This document shows positions 54,470-64,000 of a stretch of 64,000 nt of DNA, piece by piece. A program made the position numbers and the translations under genes. The stretch's first letter is position 1. Every line of letters starts with the position of its first letter. The notes under the pieces are model-generated. The model made no database searches, was not told the origin of the DNA, and worked only from the letters and a program-made list of their open reading frames with translations. The DNA is taken from the NCBI RefSeq assembly GCF_001194135.2, contig NC_068985.1, forward strand, positions 60,453,769 through 60,517,768, given 5' to 3'. The stretch comes from Octopus bimaculoides (taxonomy: Eukaryota).

Positions 54470-54999
54470 GTAGGAGAATGTTCCTGGTTTTATTGTGATT
54501 AATAAGAGAGGAATTGTTGCAAAATAATTCTCTGCTATGGAGACATTCTTCAATCTGTCTGTCATCAATTGCAAACATGTCACAGAACCAGTGAAGCATG
54601 ACAAACCCTCTTCCTACCCCCCCCCCCTCCCTTCTAACAACAAGAACTGACACACTGTATTTACAACACATAGCACTGACAATGTTCTTTAAACTTCAGT
54701 TCAGAAATTTCACACTTTTAAATGTTGTTGTTATTTAACCATAGGCCAGCCCTGATCTTACAGGATTATGAGAAAAGATATTCCAACCACGACCACTCAC
54801 CTTATTTTCAGGCATATTATAAAGTGAATATCCTTCACTTTTTAAGATGGGTAGGTTGGGTTTGAATGGAAGGAAATTTGGCTACTAATTCTACCAGGGT
54901 GAGTGAGATACCATATAGAGCAGAAGATTCCAATATTTTTACCATTGAATTTTGATAAATTAATTTTCTTTGTGACTCTTTATAAAAAAATGTTTAAGT

Positions 55000-57900
55000 T
55001 GAAACAATTTTCCGAAAATGGCGTGTACATAACATTTGATATTGTTCTTGGAGGAATACTCCCCAGTTTTTCTGCACAATAAATGTTGTGTTGTGGCCTG
55101 TATGCCTCCGATGACTCATTGTATAACAACATGTGTCCATGAATATTTTTATATTTTATCAAATATTTAAAACATACAATTCTTTTTATTACACCGCAAT
55201 CTGAATTATTACACCGCAATCCACAATAAAGTGGGATTCACTGATGTGAAGGCTTCTTCAGCTAATTATTGATTCATTTGATGCCCAGTAATTGAAATAT
55301 GTGGATCAATGAGATAACAGAACCATTAACACTTGGGTTGCTAGTTAGTGTCTCATTGCACATAGCCACAGAATATTTTGTTAATTAATTAATCAATACG
55401 TCATAACACTTTTGAATAATTTAAAATGTCACATTGGAGATATATTTTTCTGAGGCTGAAATTGTATTTTTATCGACAAAAGGTATCCCTTACTTTATGT
55501 TATAGCCTGTTTCATTAACCCTGAAGCATGATATGTCTCAACTCAGTTGGGATCAATGGATTGCAGATGTTACCGAGATAGATTACCAAATTATTCAGAA
55601 GTCAAGGATTTATCTTTTAAATGGTCAATGAAGGTAATTATTTTAGAGCAGATTTTAAAAAAAGTAATAGAACATTTGCTGATGGAGGAGAATCAGTATT
55701 AAAGGTCAATTTTATTAAAAAAATTTGTGCTGCCTGGGACTTTAAGTGTTGCCTAATGGTATTATTCAAATCTCAGTCAAAACAGATTAATCTTTTATCT
55801 CTTTAAAGCTACTTTAGTCTGGGCAATGGTTATTTTGTCACACAATGACATCACAGACATACATTTAGGTTAACACTCAGCCCCTTAGAAACTGCAGTCA
55901 AATCTCTCTGAAACTACATTTTACTACTTTAAAATCAGAAAGATACAATGGGTCATGTAGACTTTGACATACTGTCTGTAAAATAAACAATAGTATGATT
56001 AGGGTTGGAACGTTTTTGATTATATGTCTGCAGGTGCAGGGCTAACCTGTGGCTAAGCATCATTTAACTGCATTTATAATTAAATTAATTAAAAATAAAT
56101 ATGCATGGTTTCAGAGCCTTCTAAAAAATAGCAGCCAAATTTCCCTGCCTTTTTAAAGGGGACGGGCACATTAGATAATGTCGTTTTGGTTATTCTATAA
56201 CTGAATAAAACGCTAGACAGATGATAAGTCTGCTGAATCAAGCCTGACCTAGCACTAAACATCAAAATATATACACGATTAGTTACTGCCAGTAGTGAAT
56301 TTATTTCATTAATTATTCTATTTAGTATATTTTTAATTAGTGAAATTATACTAGCCCGGAATTATTTGCAATTGTTCTTCTGTCTGCAAAAATTTTTGTC
56401 GATGATCAGAAAATGTTCAGTACACTGAAACACATGTATAGTTGCTCGCCCGCCCTCTGACTGCAGTCAAAGATCATACTGGACTTTTCTTAGATATGTA
56501 AATTAACTTTGAGAGATTAATTATTAATTTCTTGATATTATCTCCCCTTTTTCCATGAACGTCGTTAACGAGTGCTCTAAGCTCTTTTTGTTTTCTGTCT
56601 CCTACAAGATTGCAAATTTGAATTATAATTTTTTCTTTTTTTTACCGACAGCATTCAGTAGTAGATCAGCCTTTACCTGAATGTTATTTCCATTGCCTTA
56701 CATCATGTTGGCTGGTTGAGCATCGTTATTTATTCTTGCTACTCCAGCAAATTCCTCCTCTACCATAATCACCATTGTCGTAGATATTTACTATAATGTT
56801 CACAGGTTTTTTTTCTCCTATCTCCATCGACAATCAACCATCTGCACTTCTCTACTTCACTCTAACATTTTTAATTTCCTCGTCATGCCTAAGGGAGTCT
56901 TCTTTTCTTCACTTCTCTTTTTGTTTAATTGTTTTTTTTTTTTTTAACATTATTTTAAAGAAAAGCTATTCCCTTCTATCTCTTTTGTCATATGTCACCT
57001 TGTTGACATGCCGCCCGCCTGCTGATACTAATAATAATGCTAATAACGAAATCCAAAAAAGGTTACATTGATTCAAGGTTTCATTTTATTTATTGTATTT
57101 TTCTTTACATTTCTGATGAATGCCGATTAATTTTTATCCTTTAACAGAACAATATAAATTTAGGCACAGAAAGAAAAAAAAACAGATAAAAGACAAACTA
57201 GAAAAATAGGAAGAAAAGAAACCTAATTGAATAGTTTCAATGTTGGGTAACAACACAAAGTGAGTCATCGTAAACCATTGATTTTAGGGTTTCTGCTCGG
57301 GGGAGGAGGGGGGATTTACCGTCCTCCTCAGCTCGGCCTACTTTGTTTTCTCTCTCCTGTCTCTTTTACTAACCACCGCTCCTCTTTTTCGTTGAGTCTC
57401 TTTCTAATTGCACTTCTGTTCTTTCTTTTGTTCCTCTGTTACCCTCTCTAATATTACTACATTCTCTCCTACTCTATCTCTTACTTTCATATATCTTTCA
57501 CTAACCACCCCCTCTTTCTCGTTTAGTCTCTTTCTAATTATACCCCTTCCTTCTTCTCTAATCCTGCTGTCATCCTTTCTTATACTTTCTACCCCTTTAT
57601 TCCTCCCTAACCATTCTTCTCTTTCACTTCCTCGAGCTTAACCCCTCCCAATTATTATTTTTTATTTATTTCCTATTGTCTTCCGTCATTCCTTTCTATT
57701 ATATGTTCTTGTTTTATCTTTCGTTCACTATCTTTTTGCTTGTATCTTTCCATCTCTTTTATTCTGCTTATTTCTCTTCTATCCTTTTCTCCATTTCTTC
57801 TCTTTATCCATTTCCTATACTTTTGCAAGTTTAACATCTCCATCCATCATCCTTGTGGCTTATAAAGACATATTCCTTACACACTTCTTTTCATTTAACT

Positions 57901-59050
57901 CCAATAGTCTCTCTAACATTCTGAGACATCTATGTGGTAACTAGCTCTCGGAAATAGTGGCCAAATTTCCCTCAAGGCAGGAGACATATTAAGCAAAACT
58001 AAGTTGTTGGTAGATTAAACTGCTTGAGAATAAGATGGGATCGTCACGGCTGGAGCACCTTTGATCATATAGACTTGCTCAGCGTAGATTCTCCTTCATC
58101 TTTCATTAAACAATTGTTGCTGTCTATGTCTCTCCCTTTCTACACTATTTTAGGTCTCTCTTTCTCTCTCTCTCGTTGCTTTCCTCATTTTTCTCTTCTC
58201 CCTATCTTACTTTCTTTTTCTCTCTCTCTCCCTCTCATTCGCTCTGACATTTCTTAATCTTTCCTCTTTACATTACACCACTCTTCTTCCCCATTATGGT
58301 TTCTTTCCTTACACTTGCGTGAGTAGTAAAGCTAAACGTATCAGTTGTAATTTTTCCCGTTGGTTTGGACATTAAAACAACCAAATGCAGACACGCACAC
58401 GCACGCTTACATATTCTCTCCATCTCTCTCACTCTTTTCTCACTATCCCCTCTTTCTCCCCCCCCTCTCTCTCTCAGATACATGTATGCTTATGCACACA
58501 AGTATATTCATACATATGTACAGACGTATAGTCACACACTCACATACGCATACACAATTAGGGATTACGGTGCCTCTGTGCAGTCGTTTTGCATGCTAGA
58601 AATACCTGCAAATACATTCGACAATTCATGAAATAAAACTACAAACAAAAAAACAAAGGACACAGTAGATAGTGCAGTTAGTCCTTGGTATATAAAACCA
58701 CAGTGGAAACATTTAGAACGTCTTCGATCGTAGTCGACTTGACCAGAATTGACCTGGGGTTAAACAATAACAACATTAAACACAAATTATTACTAGCTTC
58801 AGAAACAATATTACCAGGACTTTATATTAAATATTGTTCAAAGTTATTTAAGTTCAATAATATTCGATATTAATCAGATCTAAAGCGACGAGCTGACAAA
58901 ATCGTTAACACACCAAGCAAAATGCTTAGCGGTGTTTCGTCCGTTCTTACGTCCTGAGTTCAAATTCCATGGAGATCGACTTTGCCTTTCATCCTTTTGG
59001 GGGCGATAAAATAAGTACCAGTTGAGCACTGGGATCGATGTAATCGACTT
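55000..59050. promoter_or_regulatory. CpG-retaining, putative promoter/intergenic zone
   Basis: By eye about 20 CpG in 56.4-57.4 kb versus about 2 in 27-28 kb; GC-box-like ccgcccgcc and TGAGTCA (57260-57266) motifs; strong minus donor CAG|GTAAAG at 56677. Confidence 0.35.
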
Positions 59051-59100
59051 AGTCCCCTCCTTGAAACTGATGGCCGTGTGCCAAAATTTGAAACCAATAT
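58885..59100 (+). mobile_element. SINE family B (young, CpG-rich copy)
   Basis: gcgacgagctgacaaaatcgtta..gatcgactttgcctttcatccttttgggggcgataaaataagtacc. Confidence 0.85.
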
Positions 59101-59459
59101 TAATGAAATTTCAATATTATTATAGTTTAGTAAGGATTCAGTTGTATTCAGATCTCAACAATATTCACTACTGTTCAGATCTGTGTTATTTAATATTAAT
59201 CAAATATCGTTATTAACTCTTTTAATACTAATCTGCCTGAGACTGCTTCTGGTTCTACAGCACAAACTTTCCATTTTAAAGTGATCTGAGAATATTCCAT
59301 AAGAATTTTATGCTAATTTATTCCAAATACCAGCTTCATCGTAATATTTCACTAAATTCTTCATTATTTTCAAAATTAATTGAAACAGATGTGGTGTATC
59401 TCAACAAAAATATGGCAGCAAAAGGGTTATTCAGGCCTCATTATCTATTATTCATTCTA

Positions 59460-59670
59460 AAGGCTGCAAGCTGGCAAAATTATTAGCATGCCAGGCAGAA
59501 TGCTTAGCAGCATATCATCTGTCTTTATGTTCAAAGTTCAAATTCTGCCAAGTTTGACTCTACCTTTCTTGTTTTTGGGGTTGATAAAATAAGTATCAGT
59601 TGAACAATGGGGTTAATGTAATTGACCACCAAAAAATAAATTGTTGCCCTTGTACCAAAATTTGAAATCA
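59460..59670 (+). mobile_element. SINE family B
   Basis: Same family, (ATT)n tail. Confidence 0.8.
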
Positions 59671-60711
59671 TTATTATTATTTATTATTGTTCAAATTCAG
59701 CTTTGTGGCAGGCAATGATAACTTTCTCAAAAATACACATTTTTCTTTAAGGTTTTTGATGGAGTAGATTCTGATTATCGTGATAAAATTTTGAAAAATA
59801 GTAATGTATATTTATTGCAAAATATACAAATGAGAAATTTGTTTTATTTAATTTTACTTTGTTGGTAATAATTTTTTTTTTTAAGAATAGTATTCATTTC
59901 ATCATTTTGTATAAATATCATGAAATCTGATAAAAGTTAAATCATAATTATTCCCAGCTGGCCTTTTATTTAATGACTAGTAGGTTGTCAGAATCAGCAG
60001 AGCTTCAAACAAAATTCCTGCATATTTATTTTGCAACTCTTTACATTCTGAGTTCAAATCCTGTCAAGGCCAATTTTGCTTTGTCTCCTTCCAGGGTCAA
60101 TAAAATAAGAGTTATCAGTTGAATACTGAAATCAATTTAATGTTCATATAATAGAGATGTTTTGTGTGTTGTTAACATAAGGAGAGTTTTGACCCTATTT
60201 ATTAAAATCCAATCAGAATCAATTTAACTTTTCATTCCTCTCGGGTTAGTAAATGAAGTAGCAGTAATATACAGGAGGGTTGATTCAATCAACACTGCTT
60301 ATTGTGTGCATGAACGTGCAGGTGTAGTGGCTGTGTTTAAATCTATGTTATTTGTGAAATTTGTTACCAAGGAAATTGTTTAGTTAGTAACTTTCTAAAT
60401 TGTATAAGGGTGCATGAAGTGTATTGTGAATGTGTCCAGTCAGTTTTTTTTTTTTTAACACATACAATGGAATAGATTATTGTTTAAAGACATGTTTACA
60501 ATGTGAATTTCTGTGTTAAGTTAATGGAGTCATTAATTTAAAGAAAAGTTTTATAGATGTTTCATAGCTGATATCTTAAATTTGGGCCAATTTACCATGA
60601 ATAATTAAAAAATTTTATGCTCAAAATAGTTTTTAAAAAGATATATGAAAAAAAAACACCATTTGAGTGTGGCCGTTGCAGTACCACATGACTGGCCCTC
60701 ATGCCGGTGGC

Positions 60712-62374
60712 TGAGCTTGTTTTAAGATTTACTCGTTCTACAAATCAATTTTCCCCATTGAAATTAAGTAAAATATAATTAATCCATTCCAGCCCACCAA
60801 AACCACCAAAAATAATTTCTTTATGGGTTTTGAAACAGAAAAGGTGTAGTTACAAGTAAAATGTCAGTTATAAAAAAGAGAATGCCTAAGAAATATGTAA
60901 ACTGATTTTTATTACCTAAATTACCTTAAAGATGGGACGATATGTGTGCAAGGAAGACAATAGAACAAGCAGAAGGAGGATTACTGTTTGGAAGGAGAAT
61001 CTCCTTCCATTAAAACTTCATGAAGAACAATTTCTGGTGTTTTCTCTCTCACTTGCCTTAATTTAGTCTTTTTGGATACACTTTCTTTGCTTTTTACACT
61101 TGCAGGTCATTTCATTAGAAACATATCAAGAGAATTCTGCTTTTTCCTGCCTTTCAAAATGTTACAAAAATGCGCCAGAGCAGTGTCATTAAATAAAGTA
61201 GCTACACGACCTGTAGCAACTTTTTCGGGATGATATTTTTCTCCAAATTCAGAAACATACTGCCACTTTGCCAACACTGCCTTTACTCGCAGTGATAGCA
61301 TTCTCTGCTACACTTTCCTCCACTACACTGCCAGGCCATATCAATGATTTTCAGGCAGTTTACAATGTTGTAGTGCTCCTTTCAAAACTCCTGAAGGGTT
61401 AGATTTGCATTTTCTGTGACTTAAAAGCACTGACGAAACAAGTATTTGGTGTACAATTTCTTAAAATTAGAAATCACCTTGTGGTCCATGGACTGCAAGA
61501 TAGGGGTGGTGTTGTGTGAAGGGTACATAACTTTTATAAATTTAAATTCGTCCAGGATATCATCTTCGAGGTTAGCAGGGTGAACAGGAGCATTGTCAAA
61601 GATGACGAGGGCCTTGAGAGGAAGATTGTTCTTCAGAAGATACTTTTTCACTGCTGGTCCTAAGACAAGGTTGACTCACTCGGAGAAGAATTGCCTTGTG
61701 ACTTGGGCTTTAACATTTGCACTCCACATGACCTGCAGCTTCTTCTTCAGGATTTTGTGCAAACACTCATGGCTTTTCAGAATGGTAGACAAGGAGTGGC
61801 TTAATCTTCAAGTCTCCACTCACATTGGCACAAAGGGTGAGAGTTAGCCTTTCTTTCAAGGGCTTGTGGTTTGGCATTTTATTCTCCTCTGTCTTGATCT
61901 CATCCTTTTTCTTCAGGATGGTGCAGATTGTCGATGTGCTTCGGTCGTATTGACGTGCTATGTCCACTACATGCACTCCTCTCTCATGTTTATCAATGAT
62001 TTCCTTCTTCAATTCTATCATAATCAGCTTTTTATTCTTCTCAGGACTGTCCTTTGCACTAACATTCTAAGGGCCCATGGTTAAACCAACTAATTATAAA
62101 ATAATAGCAAAAAATGCACAAAACTAAACAAAAACACTGGAAAAACCCAACAGAGATGCTGCTACAATGAGATAAACACGTGAACTGAGCAAGTGGAGAC
62201 TGCACTTGTTGAGAGAGCATGTGCAAGATCAGCGCTGACTAGCGGTCGCATGTATGAAACTCGCTCATACTACGGATTTCCTCTTGTACTTCAAGACAAA
62301 AATTCACACAAGCCTCAACTCATGCAGCAAATTACTTATACAATGATGCACGTGTACAGTGAGGTTCTGCTGTA
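60712..62374 (-). mobile_element. Degenerate Tigger/pogo (Tc1-mariner superfamily) DNA transposon
   Basis: CENP-B-type HTH (IELKKEIIDKHERG..IARQY), RLT..CANVSGDLKIKPLLVYHSEKP, DDE_1 motifs (IFDNAPVHP, ILQSMD); right TIR TA|CAGCAGAACCTC; left end truncated. Confidence 0.93.
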
Positions 62375-62489
62375 TCTTAAGTGATCTTGTGCATTAAGGC
62401 TACTGAATTATTAGCAAACTGAATCTGGAAGAGTGCAATAATTTAAGGTCAAAACTCACAAATTTCCAGCCAAACAGTACAATAACTAA

Positions 62490-62890
62490 TAGTTTTTTCT
62501 ACTATAGGCACAAGGTCTGAAATGGAGGAGGGAGTTAGTTGATTACATTGACCCCCAGTGATCAATTAGGACTTATTTAATCTTTTCTCTAGGCACAAGG
62601 CCCGAATTTTTTGAGGAGGGACCAGTCGATTAGATCGACCCAAGTTCGCAACTGGTACTTAATTTATCAACCCCAAAAAGATGAAAGGCAAAGTCAATCT
62701 CGGTGGAATTTGAACTCAGAACGTAAAGACAGACGAAATACTGCTAAACATTTCAGCCAGCTTGCCGCCTTGGGACTTATTTAGTCAAATCCAAAAGGAT
62801 GAAAGGCTGAATTGACCTTGGTGGAATGTGAACTCAGAACGTCGCTAAGCATTTTGTCTGGTGCGGTAACGATTCTGCCAGTTCACTGCT
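62490..62890 (-). mobile_element. Nested/tandem SINE family B copies
   Basis: Overlapping units with tgaaaggcaaagtc..ggaatttgaactcagaacg. Confidence 0.8.
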
Positions 62891-63639
62891 TTATCACAAT
62901 AACTAGCATTAAATAAACACATATCTCACATTAAATATTCCAACTATATCACTAGAGTGGGACTGAATTTTTATTATTCTTTGTTGATTTTGTAAAATAT
63001 TTTCATTAAATTTCTTTAAATATTCCATGTTAAAATGCAGCAATGATGCAAAAGAATTAATAAATTATTGTTTTCAAATCACAAAAGTCTTTATTAATAT
63101 ACTTTTTAATTTTATTTTTCACATACCCTATCCCAACAAACCAAACTACATCTCCTCTTCTCTTCCTTACGTTTCCTCATTTTCATGCACTATGCTTATC
63201 TCTTCCAATCCTGTCCTTACTACCCTGTCTATTCTATCATTGCTATCTTGTAGTGTCATCTCCCCCACACTTTGCTTTCATGTGAACCCCCTACTCCCTC
63301 ATCCTTGGCAATACTCTACCATCCCATGTATATTCTGATCCCTGTACCTTGAAGGTGTGCCCTAGCACATTGCTACCAGCTCTCTCTCGCTCCCTCTCTC
63401 ACTTTGTCTCTCTTGCACTCTCACATTTTCACTCTCTTCCACTCTCTCTCTCTCTCTTTCATTTTTGATCACTTTCTCTGTCTTTCTCTCTCTCTGACTG
63501 TGTAACCAACAAGACATCTGTTTCTGTCCTGTCACAATCTAACCACTCATCACCTGGCACAAGGCCACCTCTTCCAATACCCACCCTCTCAAAGGATCTT
63601 AACTTTGTCTTATGAGTTAATTGGTGACCCACCAGTGCT

Positions 63640-64000
63640 GGTACCTCATAAGTGTATCCTGTCTCCACTCTAAAGTGGCTGGCATTTGGAAGGGCATCCA
63701 GCAGTAAAACCCATGTCAAAGCAGATTTTGCTGGTGCTAGTGCCACATGGAAAGCACCCAGGCCACTCAGTAAAGTGGCTGGCATGAGGAAGGGCATCCA
63801 GCTGTAAAAACCATGCCAAAACAGACCTCACCAGTGCCATGTAGAAAGCACTCAGTTCACTCTGTAAGGTGATTGGTGTTAGGAAGAGCCTTGCCAAAAC
63901 AGATGGTGAAACCTGGTGCAGTCTTCTGACTTGTCAGCTCCTGTCAAACTGTCCGATCCATGCCAGCATGGAAAACAGACATTAAATGATAATGATGATG
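63640..64000 (+). mobile_element. RTE-derived 3' UTR repeat with (GAT)n tail
   Basis: Tandem gaagggcatccagc units; ends ccagcatggaaaacagacattaaatgataatgatgatg. Confidence 0.7.

Noticed and set aside
55505-55633. Exon candidates PVSLTLKHDMSQLSWDQW.. or CYRDRLPNYSEVKDLSFKWSMK
   Set aside because: Acceptor and donor do not fit one open frame convincingly; no recognisable homology

Overview
AT-rich, microsatellite-dense eukaryotic DNA with six N-gaps. The repeat families (two very abundant tRNA-type SINE families, RTE LINEs with (GAT)n tails, Penelope-like relics) look like an octopus/coleoid cephalopod genome; this is inferred from recalled repeat motifs, not a database hit. There is no intact long CDS, rRNA, tRNA gene or CRISPR array. 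Most listed ORFs are microsatellite or N-gap artefacts, or transposon relics. Well-supported content is mobile DNA: two RTE-clade LINE relics (24.0-26.6 kb, 38.2-39.3 kb), a Penelope-like element with inverted terminal repeats (6.3-8.6 kb), a Tigger/pogo transposon (60.7-62.4 kb), an hAT element and an hAT MITE with 8-bp TSDs, Helitron/Helentron-like elements, other MITEs and many SINEs. The window is probably mostly intronic; scattered candidate exons on both strands could not be assembled into a recognisable protein. Most notable observations: degenerate minimal hammerhead ribozyme motifs with a U3-A8 core covariation in the Penelope repeats, a near-perfect ~80-100 bp hairpin at 1.04-1.29 kb, a local inverted duplication 4.6 kb apart, head-to-tail SINE arrays, and a CpG-retaining promoter-like zone at ~55-59 kb.
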